Origin: an uncultured Gemmatimonadales bacterium
Lineage (GTDB): Bacteria > Gemmatimonadota > Gemmatimonadetes > Gemmatimonadales > GWC2-71-9
DNA: 64,000 nt
Assembly (NCBI GenBank): GCA_963739455.1
Contig: CAVUAK010000001.1
Coordinates: 1,440,001-1,504,000, forward strand
Direction: 5' to 3'
Below the pieces are notes generated by a model, which had not been told where the DNA came from, ran no database searches, and worked only from the letters and a program-made list of their open reading frames with translations. Positions 30,319 to 42,183 of this stretch are shown here, piece by piece. Position numbers and translations under genes: made by a program. Positions within the stretch are counted from its first letter, which is position 1; every line of letters begins with the position of its first letter.

Positions 30319-33300
30319 TGCGGTACCTCATCCGGGTGTTCGTGCTGCTGGTAGTGGGCGTCGCGGCGTCGCTGGTGGGCGTCCTGGTGGCGCTGACGCT
30401 GACGCCGCCGGGAAGGGCGCTGCTGGCGCGGAACGTGTCGCACCAGCTGGGCGTGCTGCTGCGGGGGCAGGTGCTGGTGGGGAACATCGAGGGCTCGTTC
30501 CTCCGCGACCTGGTGCTGACCAACGTGGTGGTGCGCGATACCTCCGGGGTGCTGCTGGTCTCGCTGCCGGTGGTGCGGGTGAGCTACCTCATCCCGAACT
30601 TCCTGGCGCGGCGCTTCATCCTCGAGAAGCTCGAGGTGGACCGTCCGGTCATCAACCTGGTGCGGCATGCATCGGGACGGTGGAACTATGAGGAGGTGCT
30701 GCGTCTCTCGGAGGGGCCGCCGGGGAAGAAGAGCACGCCGCCGCTGATCGAGTTCCGCAACATGAAGCTGACGGACGGCGCGCTCTCGCTGGCGTACCCG
30801 TGGCCCACGGGCCACATGACGGACGCCGAGCGGGAGCGGCAGGTGAACTCGGTGCGAGCGACCCCGGGGCGGATCGTGTCGGACACGCGCGAGGGCACGA
30901 AGCGGATCATGACGTTCTCCAACCTGACGACGGCGATCCGGCGGCTTCGCATCTCGACGCCCGACCACAAGCCGGTCCTGGCGGTGATCGACACGCTGCG
31001 GACCGACGCGAGCGAGCCGGCGCTGCAGCTCAGGCAGCTGCAGGGCACGATCGAGCAGCAGGGCGACTCGCTCAAGTTCTGGCTGACGCGTGCGGCGCTG
31101 CCGGGCACGTCCGCGGTGGCGGAGGGCATGGTGAGCTGGCCGCGGGACACGATCATGTGGGACTTCCACGCCGACGCGAGCCCGGTGGACCTGGTGGACC
31201 TCCGGTTCATCTCGCCGGAGTTCCCGGCGATGTCGGGGCATGCGACGATCGTGGCGCATTCCCATAGCGGGCGACGCACCGACTACGCGCTGACGAACCT
31301 GCTGCTGACGGACGGGCCGGAGCGCATCGAGGGGAGCCTGGTGGCGGAGGTGGATGCGGTGGATGGACTGGGCGTGCGGCGGCTCAAGCTCCGGCTCACC
31401 GACCTCAACCTCGACAAGGTGCGCCCGTACATCGATTCGCTGCCGTTCATCGGGGAGGTGAGCGGCCCGGTGGAGGCCGACGGCGACCTCAATGACATCG
31501 CGACGCGGGGTGACATCGTCTTCACCGATCTTGCCGTGCCGGGCCGACCGGCTACCAGCCTCTCGTTCAACGGGCGACTCCAGACCGGCAGCGGGGCGCT
31601 GGTGTTCGACAAGGTGGCGATCGCGCAAAGCGACATCGACCTGCGCACGGTGCGGAACCTGGCGCCGGCGGTGATCCTCGACGGACGGCTCAACGCCGTG
31701 GGCACGCTCAACGGGCCGCTGACGAACACCACCTTCACCGGCGTCGCGCGACACAAGGACGCGGCCCGCCCGGAGAGCGTCATCGACGGATGGCTGCGCC
31801 TCGACAGCCGGGAGGAGACGATGCGGGTGGCGGCGGACGTGACGCTGGCGCCGCTCAGCTTCGAGGGCATCCGCGGGACATTCCCCACGATCCTGTCGGA
31901 GGGCACGCTCCGCGGGCGCGTGAAGCTGGACGGCCCGGTGGACCGGCTGTTCGTGGATGCGGACGTGCAGGGCGAGATCGGTGCAGTGAAGGGATCGGGT
32001 ACGGTGACGATCCTGCCGCCGCGCTGGGGTGCCGACAGCCTCAAGCTCGACTTCGCGCACCTCGACCTGCAGGCGCTGACGGGGCGCGAGGGGCGCACCA
32101 GCCTGGACGGGCGCATCGAGGTCACCGGCGTCATGGACACGCTGCTGGCGCCCGAGGGGTCGATGCACCTGGTGCTGGGACCCGGCGTGTTTCGCGGCGT
32201 GCACATGGACACGCTGCTGGTGCAGGCGAAGGTGCGCGACAGCATGATCACCGTCGACACGGTGTGGGCGACGGGGTCGGGGATGATCCTGGCGGGGGCG
32301 GGCACGGTGGGATGGGCCAAGCCGCATCGCGGCAGCATGGAGCTGGCGCTCGAGGCGGACCACCTGGAGGAGCTCGACTCGCTGGCGCAGGACCTCACGG
32401 GCTTCGTGCGCGACACGATCCCGGGCTGGCGTACGCTCAACGGCGTGCTGCGCATGAAGGGGCAGGTGGCGGGCAGCCTCGATTCGCTCGAGGCCACCGG
32501 TGAGGGAACGCTGCGCGGCTTCGTGTTCGAGCACATCCACGCCAATGCCATCGCGGTGACGGGCAGCTGGACCGGTGGCGCCCGGCCGCAGCTGACGCTG
32601 AATGCGAGCCTCGACTCGATGAGCCGGCAGGACCGCTTCGTGCGCGACGTGAAGCTGTCGCTCGCCGGGCCGGCGGACTCGCTCAACTGGGGCCTGGAGG
32701 GTGACGACGGTGGCATCGTGGAGATCGCCGGTGCCGGGCGCGCGTGGCAGGACAGCGGATTCCGCGCGCTCGCCATCGACTCGCTGAGTGTCGGCCTCCC
32801 GACGCACGCCTGGCGACTGCTGAACCCGTCGACCATCACGCTCGCGGACTCGACGCTCCAGGTGTCGCCGTTCCGGCTGCAGGGCACGGATGGCTCGGGG
32901 TACATCAGCGTTGCGGGACGGGTGCCGTGGACCGGCAGCGGCGACCTGGCCGTCGAGGGACTGGGCCTCCAGCTGCGCGACCTGTCGGCGCTGGCGCAGC
33001 TCGACACGACGGGCCTGGGCGGCTGGATCGGCTTCCGCGTGCAGCTGGGCGGCACGCGCGCCAATCCGACGATGGAAGGCACGATCGGCCTGGAGGACAT
33101 GCGCCTGGGCGACACGCGCGGTCCGCTGGCGCAGGGCGTCTTCACGTACTCGGAGCAGCGGCTCGACGGCGGCCTGCTGCTGTATCGCACCGGCGACCCG
33201 GTGGTGCAGGTGGGCTACTCGCTGCCGATCGACCTGGCGCTGCAGAAGGTGAAGGAGCGGCTGATCCCGGGCCCGCTCAGCATCCAGGCCACGGCTGACA

Positions 33301-34736
33301 GCGTGCAGATGAGCGTGTTCGAGCCGCTGACGCGCTCGGTGCACCACCTCACCGGCGTGCTGTCGGCCGACGTGCGGGTGCTGGGCAGCTGGGACCAGCC
33401 GGCGCTCGGTGGATTCCTGGCGGTGATGGATGGCGGCGCTCACGGTGGACGGACTCAACGTGCCGTTCAACGCGATGAACGGCCGGGCGGATTTCCGGGG
33501 AGACTCGATCCTCCTGCCGAAGTTCACGCTGCAGAGCCCGAAGGGCAGCATGACGCTGTCAGGCGTGGCGCGGCTCGAGCGCCTCACCCGGCCGATCCTC
33601 GACCTGCAGGCCACGCTGGACCGCTTCCGCGCCATCGACCAGCGCGACTTCCTGATGCTCACGGCGAGCGGCGACGTGAAGGTGACGGGGCCGCTCGACA
33701 GCCTGGTGATCTCGGGCAAGGTGACGGCGGACGAGGGCACGCTCTACTTCGCCGACCTGCTCAACAAGCGGGTCATCGACCTCGAGGATCCCGGAGAACG
33801 TGGCGTTCATCGACACGACGCTGGTGCGCCGGCGCCGGCTGGGCTCGGACCTCAAGTCGCGGGTGCTGGAGACGCTGCGGGTGCGCGACTTCACCCTGAC
33901 GATCGGCGACGAGTTCTGGCTCCGGTCGTCGGAAGCGAAGATCCAGCTCGACGGCAAGCTGCGGGTGGAGAAGGCGCGCAGCGTCTACCGCCTCGACGGC
34001 ACGCTGCACGCGGTGCGCGGCACCTACCGGCTGAGCCCGATCCCCGGCTTCAGCCGGGACTTCGAGGTGGTGCGCGGTGACGTCCGCTACTTCGGCACGC
34101 CCGACCTGAACGCGGAACTGGATATCCAGGCGAAGCACGTGGTGCGCACCACCAAGGGCGCGGAGCTGCCGGTGATGGCGCGGGTGACCGGGCACGCTGT
34201 TCGATCCCAAGCTCAAGCTCGAGAGCACGCAGCGGCCGCCGCTCTCGGAACTCGACATCGTGTCGTACCTCATCACCGGTGCGCCGGCGAGCGAGGCGAT
34301 GGCGCAGGGCCAGGCGCAGGCGGCACTGGTGACGAACGGTGCGGCGTGGCTGCTGAGTGCCGGTGCCAGCGCGCTGGAGAACACGCTGGTGTCCGACCTT
34401 GGCCTGCCGATCGACATGCTGCAGATCCGGCCGGTGGTGTCCGGCGGGACGCAGGGACAGAGCCTGACCACCGCGTTCGCGCTCGCGGCCGGATGGCAGC
34501 TGGGACGCAAGGTGTTCCTCACCTTCAACGCCGGCTTCTGCCCGAGCTCGCTGAGCTCGTTCGACTACCGCAACTTCGGCGCGGGCATCGAGTGGCGCGT
34601 GTCGCAGGAGTGGCGGGTGCAGGGCGTGGTGGAGCCGCTGCTGCGACTGTGCGGCGTCGCGGCGGTCGGGCAGAATGTGTCGACGTCACTCCGGTACCAG
34701 GTCGGTGCCGACGTGCTCTGGCAGCGGGAGTTCTGA
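30318..34736 (+). CDS. tamB: TamB (DUF490) translocation/assembly protein, frameshifts near 33430, 33795 and 34190
   Basis: N-terminal TM anchor, long beta-rich body, C-terminal 'FGTPDLNAELDIQA..LESTQRPPLSE.DIVSYL'; TGATG overlap with tamA. Confidence 0.83.
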
Positions 34737-35630
34737 TGACACGCGCCCTGGTCATCACCAACCCGGCAGCGGCCCGCACCGACCCGATCGCGGTCGAGGT
34801 GGTGATGGCGACGCTCCGGAGCGCGGGCTGGGACGCGGAGGTGCTCGCGACCGGCGGGCCGGGCGATGCGGGCCGTCTCGCCGCATACGCGGTACAGGAG
34901 AAGGTGGACGTCTGCGCCGTCTTCGGCGGCGACGGCACGACCATGCAGGCGGCCGTCGTCGCTGGTGGGCAGCAACGTGACGCTCGGCATCATTCCCGGG
35001 GGGACGGGCAACCTGCTCGCCGGCAACCTCCGGATTCCCGCCAACCCGGCGCGCGCGGCGAAGGTGCTGGTGAGCGGCGTGCCGCGGCGCATCGACCTCG
35101 GCCGGCTCGACCGCGAGAGCGGCTCCGACTACTTCGCGGTGGCGTGCGGGGCGGGGTACGACGCGCTCATCATGACCCGCACCGCCTCGGAGCAGAAGCG
35201 CCGCTGGGGGATGCTGGCCTACGTGGCGACGACGATCAAGTTCATCGGCGAGATCCGGAGCCGCGAGCACCACATCACGGTGGACGGGGTGGAGTACGAG
35301 GCCCACGCGTCGATGGTGCTGGTGGCCAACTGCGGTGAGGTGATCGGGCCGATGATCAAGCTGCGCACCGGCATTGCGCCGGACGATGGCTTGCTCGACC
35401 TGGTGGTGCTGCGCGCGAACGGGCTGGGTGAGAGCATGCGCGCAGTGTGGGACCTGCTGCGGGAAGGTCACGGGGGCGATGCCTTCGTCGGCTATGCCCG
35501 CGGGCGGGAGATCCGGGTGGTGGCCGATCCCGTCCAGCCGGTGCAGCTCGACGGCGACGGTGGCGGCTTTACCCCGTTTACGGCAACGTGCGTCCCGGGT
35601 GCGGTCAGCATCATGGTGCCGGCGCCGTAG
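34736..35630 (+). CDS. Diacylglycerol/lipid kinase family (YegS/DAGK), frameshift near 34955
   Basis: 'NPAA', 'GGDGT', 'PGGTGNLLA', 'QLDGD'. Confidence 0.9.
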
Positions 35631-35681
35631 GCGCCGATGCCCGGGCAGTGATGGTCAACCTTACGGACCGGAGTGGCAGGC

Positions 35682-37016
35682 ATGGCTGACGCGGTGCTCC
35701 TCATCGACGACGACGTAGACGTCCTGCGTGCTGGCGGCGCCCAACTCGAGCGCGCCGGCTACGAGGTGACACGCGAGTTGAGCGGCGAAGCGGGCCTCTC
35801 GACCTGGGACCGGATCCGGCCGGACATCGTGGTGCTCGACCTCGACCTTCCCGGCATGGCGGGCACCGAGGTGCTGCAGCACCTGCGAGAACGAAGTGCC
35901 GCCGTGATCGTGCTGGCGCCGGCGGGCAGTGCCGCGGCGATCGCCGCGCTGCAGGCCGGTGCTGAAGCCTGGGTGCTCAAACCGGTGGACCAGGCGCATC
36001 TCGAGGCCGCGATCGGCAGGGTGTCGCAGACGGTGCGCCTCAGGCGGGTCGCCGAGGCGCTGCTGGGGCCGGCGGCGGGACAGAACCTGGAGTCGCTGGG
36101 TCTGTCATCGGGGATGCAGGAGATCGCGCAGCAGGTGCGATTGCTGGCGGGCAGCGAGCGCACGACGGTGCTGCTCGAGGGCGAGGTGGGGAGCGGGAAG
36201 GGATGGGTGGCGCGGCTGATCCACGCGCTGAGCCAGCGGGCGAAGCAGCCGTTCGCCGCGGTGAGCTGCGCCGGCACCACGCCGCAACTGCTCGAGGTGG
36301 AACTGTTCGGGCAGGAGAAGGGCAACGACGCGAAGGAACGGAAGCAGGGACTCTTCGAGATCGCCGACAAGGGCACGCTGTACCTGGGCGAGATCGCCGA
36401 CCTGCCGCCGGAGCTGCAGCCGAAGCTGCTCAAGGTGCTGGAGACGCGCTCATTCCGCCGGGCGGGTGGAACGCGGGAAATCTCGGTGGACGTGCGGTTG
36501 ATTGCGGCGACGAGTCGCACGCTGGCGGCCGAGGTTGAAGCGGGGCGCTTCCGTGAAGACCTGTATTATCGTCTCAGCGTCATGCCGCTTCGCCTGCCGC
36601 CGGTGCGCGACCGGGCGCGGGAGGATCGCGCGGCGCTGGTGTCGCGGATGCATCACGAGCTCGGTCGCGAACTGCCGGAAGGACCGACCAGCATGGCGGG
36701 TGAAGTGCTGGAGCGGTTCCTGGCCTATCCGTGGCCCGGCAACGTGCGCGAGATCAGGAACGTGCTGGAGCGCGCGATGATCCTGGGGCAGGGGCTGCCG
36801 CAGGTGGCGATCGAGCACCTGCCGGGCGAGTTCCGCAATCGCCCGGGCATCGGCGACCGGCGGCACACGCCGATGACGCTGGACGAACTCGAGCGGCAGC
36901 ACATCGAGCGGACGCTCCGGCATCACAACGGGAACCGGACGCGCGCGGCGCACGAGCTGGGGATCTCGCGGGCGACGCTGATCAACAAGATCAAGCGGTA
37001 TGATTTCAAGATGTGA
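35682..37016 (+). CDS. NtrC-like response regulator (receiver-AAA-Fis HTH) lacking GAFTGA
   Basis: 'LIDDD','LDLDLPG', 'GEVGSGK', 'FREDLYYRL', 'WPGNVRE', 'LGISRATL'. Confidence 0.9.
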   Translation: MADAVLLIDDDVDVLRAGGAQLERAGYEVTRELSGEAGLSTWDRIRPDIVVLDLDLPGMAGTEVLQHLRERSAAVIVLAPAGSAAAIAALQAGAEAWVLKPVDQAHLEAAIGRVSQTVRLRRVAEALLGPAAGQNLESLGLSSGMQEIAQQVRLLAGSERTTVLLEGEVGSGKGWVARLIHALSQRAKQPFAAVSCAGTTPQLLEVELFGQEKGNDAKERKQGLFEIADKGTLYLGEIADLPPELQPKLLKVLETRSFRRAGGTREISVDVRLIAATSRTLAAEVEAGRFREDLYYRLSVMPLRLPPVRDRAREDRAALVSRMHHELGRELPEGPTSMAGEVLERFLAYPWPGNVREIRNVLERAMILGQGLPQVAIEHLPGEFRNRPGIGDRRHTPMTLDELERQHIERTLRHHNGNRTRAAHELGISRATLINKIKRYDFKM

Positions 37017-37080
37017 GGTGTGAGGCGTGAGTCAGGAGTCGGGAGTTGAGGGTTAGGAGTTTAGGGTTAGGAGTTAAGAG
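37013..37080 (+). repeat. Degenerate heptamer tract (GTGAGGY / GGAGTTA-like)
   Basis: gtgaggt gtgaggc gtgagtc aggagtc gggagtt gagggtt aggagtt tagggtt aggagtt. Confidence 0.7.
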
Positions 37081-37091
37081 CTGGAGGCTGC

Positions 37092-37289
37092 ATGGCACAG
37101 ATCCACGAAACCGATGCGATGAACTGCCGCGCGTGCGGCAGGCAGGAGCGCGCATCCGAGGGATACCCGTGTGCGACGTGCGGCACGTTCATCTGCCTGA
37201 TCTGCACGTTCCAGGGGGTGACCCAGTGCGCGAAGTGCCGTGGCATCCCGGTCCCGACGCCGCCTGTTCCGCCGGCGGCGAGCGCTTGA
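37092..37289 (+). CDS. Small protein with four CxxC motifs (putative zinc finger)
   Basis: CRAC, CATC, CLIC, CAKC; GGAGG ribosome-binding site upstream. Confidence 0.8.
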   Translation: MAQIHETDAMNCRACGRQERASEGYPCATCGTFICLICTFQGVTQCAKCRGIPVPTPPVPPAASA

Positions 37290-37323
37290 CGCTCGGCCCC
37301 GAACCCGACGAGGTTGCGCGGCC

Positions 37324-38098
37324 ATGTCCGTGATCTGCCGCGCCCCGGTGGCGCCCATCCATGCCGATGCCTCGCTGCGCGCGGAGCAGGTCACCCAGCT
37401 GGTGCTGGGTGAGACGGGAACGGTGCTCGAGCGCCGCGACCGAGTGGCTGCGCGTGCGCACCGACATCGACTCGTATGAGGGATGGGTGCACGAGGGGTA
37501 CGTGATCGCCACCGGCGCATGCGCGGAACTGGCGCGAGGCAGCCACCGGCTGGAGCGATGGGGCGCGCGTGGAGGTCGATGGTGCCGCGGTGCGACTGCC
37601 GCTTCGGGCGCGAGTGGTGCTCGAGAATGGCGCGGTGCGCCTTCCGGGCGATCGTGTGGGCACGGTGATCGACGGGAGTGTGCGCGAGGCGGCGGAGGTG
37701 CGGCGGAGCTGCGGAGGCGATGCGCCCCGATGAGTGGGCGTGGGCGGAATTCGCCGGTGCGCCCTACCAGTGGGGCGGCGTGACGCCGCTCGGCGTCGAC
37801 TGCTCCGGGATGATCCAGACGACGTTCGCCGCGCGCGGGCGTGAGCCTGCCGCGAGACGGGTGGCAGCAGGCTGCGCTGGGCACCGTCGTGGCCCGCGAT
37901 GCGCTGGCACCGGGTGATCTCTGCTTCTTCCGCGGCGAGGCGACGGAGCGCATCACCCACGTGGCCATCTACGCGGGTGACGACACCATCGTGCACTCGA
38001 CGGTGGCATGCGGCCAGGTGGTGCGCGAGCGGTGGGGCGACGGCTCGCGTGCCGCGGCGCTGCGCGAGCGCTTCGTCTCCGCGCGGCGCGTGCGCTGA
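37324..38098 (+). CDS. SH3 + NlpC/P60 (C40) peptidase, frameshifted
   Basis: 'EQVTQLVLGE', 'YEGWV', 'GAPYQWGG..GVDCSG', 'ITHVAI', 'IVHS'. Confidence 0.87.
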
Positions 38099-38799
38099 TG
38101 CCGCATCGCCGGCTGGTGCTGTTCGACATCGACGGCACGCTGCTGCTCACCATGGGCGCCGGTCGCCGCGCGATCACCGCCGCGATGGCGGAGGTCATCG
38201 GTGCCGGGGCCGTGTTCGATGGCATCCGCTTCGACGGCAAGACCGATCCCCAGATCGTCTCCGAGCTCCTGCATGCGGCCGGCGATCCCGACCCGGGCGA
38301 CGCCACGCGCATCAGCGCGGTGTGCGACCGCTATGCCGACCTGCTGGAGACGGAACTGCAGCGACCGACGGCGCGGGTGCAGGTGATGCCGGGCGTGCCC
38401 GAGCTGCTCGATCGCCTGGAGCGGGAGCCGCGCGCGGTGCTGGGACTGCTGACGGGAAACCTCGCGCGCGGTGCCGCGCTCAAGTTGCGGGCAGGCGGGA
38501 TCGATCCTTCGCGGTTTGTCGTGGGGGCGTACGGATCGGACCATGCGCATCGTCCGGCGCTGCCACCGATTGCGGCGTCACGGGCGGAGCCGCTGCTGGG
38601 GCGAGTCCCCCATGGGCACGAGGTGGTGATCATCGGGGACACGCCGGCCGACGTGGCGTGCGGTGCCAGCCTGGGGGCGCGCGCGGTGGCGGTCGCGACA
38701 GGCGGGTACACGGTGGAGCAGCTCACCGCGTGCGGCCCGTACGCCGCGTTCAGCGACCTCACCGATACGGACGCCGTCGTGGCGGCCATCCTCGACTAG
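38098..38799 (+). CDS. HAD-family hydrolase
   Basis: 'LFDIDGTLL', 'LLTGN', 'IIGDTPADV'. Confidence 0.9.
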   Translation: MPHRRLVLFDIDGTLLLTMGAGRRAITAAMAEVIGAGAVFDGIRFDGKTDPQIVSELLHAAGDPDPGDATRISAVCDRYADLLETELQRPTARVQVMPGVPELLDRLEREPRAVLGLLTGNLARGAALKLRAGGIDPSRFVVGAYGSDHAHRPALPPIAASRAEPLLGRVPHGHEVVIIGDTPADVACGASLGARAVAVATGGYTVEQLTACGPYAAFSDLTDTDAVVAAILD

Positions 38800-38813
38800 C
38801 CGGTCAATCCGTC

Positions 38814-39561
38814 ATGACCACGACCGCGATCCTGCCTGAACTCGGGCCCTGGCTGGGGCGCCTGTGCAACGCGCCGACTGCCACCCCTGGCATTCGCCAC
38901 TTCGTCCCCCTCGATGACGTTCGCCTTGCAACTCGCAACGGGGGTCCTCGACCTGGCCGGTGCGGCGCGCGGGTTCTCCAGCGACGATCATGCGGCGATC
39001 GTCGGCTCGCTGCACGCGCGAAGCTGGCGGCAGCTGTGGGAGAAGGCGCTGACCGATGCGTCGGCGCGCACGGCGGAGGCGATCAACACCGGGTTCGCAT
39101 CGGCTGCCGCCGAGTCACGCTTCCCGGCGCGGCGCCTGGCGCGACTGCAGGTCAGCGAGACGGAGCTCGCGGCGATGGCGGCGCGGCTCGGTGCCGGCGC
39201 GATCCCGTTCGAGTCGTCGCTTGCGCGCCTGGAGGAACTGGCGGGCGCCGCCGGCTCCTCGAGGCGCAACGGCGACAGCGCATTTGCCCGGTGGAGTGAG
39301 GGCCTGGCGGGTGCGGCGCGACAGCTCGAGTCGGCCTGGATGGCGCTGGAGGAGGCGGTGGACCGCGAGGGTGCGCGGTGGCAACCCGAGATCGAGAAGG
39401 TGCGCCGGTGGACGCGTCCACGCTGGCCACTGTGGGTGATCACGGCACTGGTGCTCGCCGGGGCGACGTGGCTGGGTCTCGTGCTCGGTGGTTTCCTCAA
39501 GGTGCCCGGGTGGCTCGCATCGTTCGCCGAGTTCTGGTGGACGCGGCTTCCGTTCGCGTGA
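38814..39561 (+). CDS. Hypothetical protein with a C-terminal membrane anchor, frameshift near 38935
   Basis: 'MTTTAILPELGP.LGRL' joins ORF 38914..39561; C-terminal hydrophobic helix. Confidence 0.7.
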
Positions 39562-39956
39562 GCATCGTCGGCATTGGTATCGACCTGGTGGATATCGAGC
39601 GGGTGCGCCGCCTCTTCGAGCGGCATGGCGCGCGGGCGCAGAAGCGATTCCTCACGGCGGCAGAGTCAGCCTACGTGAACGACTGCGCTGATCCGGCACG
39701 TCATGCGGCGGCGCGGGTGGCGGCCAAGGAAGCGGTCTACAAGGCGATGCAACCGCTGCCGGGCGCGCGGGCCATCGGGTGGACCGATATCGAGGTCATC
39801 CGGGGGCCGGAAGGTGCGCCGGTAGTGGGCCTGCATGGTCGAGCGGCTGAGATTGCGCGGTCGCTTCCTGGTCTGGTGCTGCATCTCTCGCTGACGCACG
39901 CGGAGCTGACCGCCGGTGCGATGGCGATCGCGGAACTCCCTCCTTCCAATTCCTAG
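39558..39956 (+). CDS. acpS: Holo-[acyl-carrier-protein] synthase
   Basis: 'IVGIGIDLV', 'AAKEAVYKA', 'LSLTH'. Confidence 0.93.
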   Translation: MSIVGIGIDLVDIERVRRLFERHGARAQKRFLTAAESAYVNDCADPARHAAARVAAKEAVYKAMQPLPGARAIGWTDIEVIRGPEGAPVVGLHGRAAEIARSLPGLVLHLSLTHAELTAGAMAIAELPPSNS

Positions 39957-39996
39957 CTGCGCACTCTACTTTAGCTCGTCTTCCACATAATTCGGT

Positions 39997-40011
39997 TGAA
40001 AATGATTCTCA
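39997..40011. promoter_or_regulatory. Fur-box-like 7-1-7 inverted repeat
   Basis: TGAAAAT-G-ATTCTCA, 2 mismatches to TGATAATNATTATCA, at the start of an iron permease gene. Confidence 0.65.
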
Positions 40012-42177
40012 TCCATGCGGCTGCGTTGTTGTTGTTCTTTACGCATCCGTTACATGCGGCACCCCCGATGTTACCGCCAGGTCCCGATTCGTTACGCGTG
40101 GCCGTTGAACCGGCCGCGGCGGTGCGGCGTCTCGCGGCGACGGCGCAGCTCGCGGCGCAGGAGTATGGGCTCGGCGTGGTGGATGGGCGGGTGGTGGCAC
40201 CGGCGGAGGTGGAGGAGGCGCGGCTCTTCCTGGAAGAGGCGAAGCGGAGTGCCGGGCAGCTGCCGCCGGAGTGGTCGGTGGCGGCGACCAAGGAGCTGGA
40301 CGCGGTGCTGGCGCTGGTGGGGCGTCGTGCCGCGGCGACCGAGGTGGCGTCGCGGGTTCGGCGACTGACCACGACGCTGTCCACCGGGCTTGGCGTCTCG
40401 CTGGATGAGGTGCCGGGGGTGACTCCCTCGCTCGCGCATGGCGCGGAGGTGTACCAGGCGCAGTGTGCGCAGTGTCATGGGAGCCTTGGGCGCGGCGATG
40501 GTCCCGCTGCGGCGGGGCTGGATCCGGTGCCGGCCAATCTCGCCGATGCAGCCGCGCTCTACACCCAGTCTCCCCTCGACTTCTACCGCCGGATCACGAT
40601 CGGTGTGGTGGGCACGGCGATGCCGTCGTTCGAGGCGACGTTGTCGGCGGAGGATCGCTGGGCGGTGGCGAGCTATGCGTCGCTGCTTCGCCTTGCCGGC
40701 GGCACAGGGTGACGTGCCGGCGTCTCTGACCGCATTCGGCACCACGGCGCGACTCTCCGACTCTGCCCTTGGCGAGGCGCTCACTGCGACCGCCAATGGG
40801 GCATCTCCGCTGGCGCGCGTGGCGGCGGTGCGCAGCTACCAGCCGCTCCGGCCCGAGGTCGCAGCGGCGGCGACATTCACCAAGGTGCGGACGCAACTCG
40901 ACGAAGCGCTGCAGCTCGCGGCCAAGGGACGGCCCGATGACGCGAGCGCCCGGGTGTTCGATGCCTACATGACGTTCGAGGGCGTGGAGCGCGGCGTACG
41001 GGCGAAGAACCCGTCGCTCGCCACGACACTCGAGGGATCCTTCGCTTCGCTCCGCTCGCTGGCCGCGGGTGGTGCGCCGGCCCCTGACCTGGCCACGGCG
41101 CGCGCCGCCCTGCTGGGGCAACTGGAAAATGCGGAGCGGACGCTGGGTGACACGCTGTCGCCGATGTCCCTCTTCGTGCAGTCGTTCTTCCTGCTGGTGC
41201 GTGAGGGTCTCGAGGCAATCCTGATCATCGGCGCGCTGCTCACGTTCCTGGCCAAGACCGGGGCGCAGGAGCGGAAGCGGGATATCCATGTTGGCGTGGG
41301 TGCGGCGGTACTCGCGAGCCTGTTCACGGCGGTGCTGCTGGAGACGGTGTTCCAGGTGACGCCGGCGCGGCGCGAAGTGCTCGAGGGGGCGGTGATGCTC
41401 ACGGCATCAGCGGTCCTCTTCTACGTGAGTTACTGGCTGCTGAGCAAGATCGAGGTGGCCCGCTGGAACCAGTTCGTGAAGAGCCAGGTGCAGGATGCGG
41501 TGAGCAGCGGATCGGCGCTGGCGCTGGCGACGGCGGCGTTCCTCGCGGTGTATCGCGAGGGATTCGAGACGGTGCTCTTCTACAAGGCACTCGTGCTGTC
41601 GGGTCCGGCCGGGAGCACGTTCGTCCCGGTGACGGCGGGTATCGCGCTGGGAGCCCTGGTCCTGGTCGCGGTGTACTACGCGATCAACCGGTTCGGCGTG
41701 CGCCTGCCGCTCAAGCCGTTCTTCGCGGTGACGGGGCTGTTCCTCTACTACATGGCGTTCCTGTTCGCCGGGCGGGGCATCGCGGAGCTGCAGGAGGGCG
41801 GCGTCATCGCGACGACCGTGCTCCCGTGGGCGCCGCGCATCCCGGCACTGGGCATCTATCCGACCGTCGAGTCACTGCTGGCGCAGGGAGTCCTGCTCGC
41901 GCTGCTGCTGGGCGCACTGATCTGGAGCTTCGTGCTGGCACCGGTGCGCGCTGTTCGATCGCAGGCGACGCGCGCGGCATCGCCCGGGCCGATCATGCTC
42001 GAGGAACGCACGGTGGATCCCGCGGTGGTGGAGGGGCATCGCCCGGTGTCGCCGGGCACGCGCCAGGGGCTGGAGCGGTCGCTCGAGCGGATGGAAGGCG
42101 ACCTGGCCGCGCTCCGCGCCGAGGTGGAGCGGATGCGCGACCAGATGCGGAAGGACCAGTCGCCGGCGCGGAAGTAG
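40002..42177 (+). CDS. Cytochrome c + FTR1 iron permease fusion, frameshift near 40700
   Basis: Signal peptide, 'CAQCHG..G.GDGP', 'GTAMP', two RExxE motifs 'REGLE' and 'REGFE'. Confidence 0.9.
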
Positions 42178-42183
42178 TCGGCG

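Noticed and set aside
29868..33740. 1290-aa minus-strand ORF
   Set aside because: Antisense shadow of tamB in high-GC DNA; Arg/His-rich with no motifs. The same applies to 31283..33190, 45735..47336, 62397..63896 and similar long antisense ORFs.
39980..40007. dif site (minus strand TTATGTGGAAG resembles a XerD arm)
   Set aside because: The partner arm does not resemble a XerC site and the sequence is better explained as the FTR1 promoter and Fur box.
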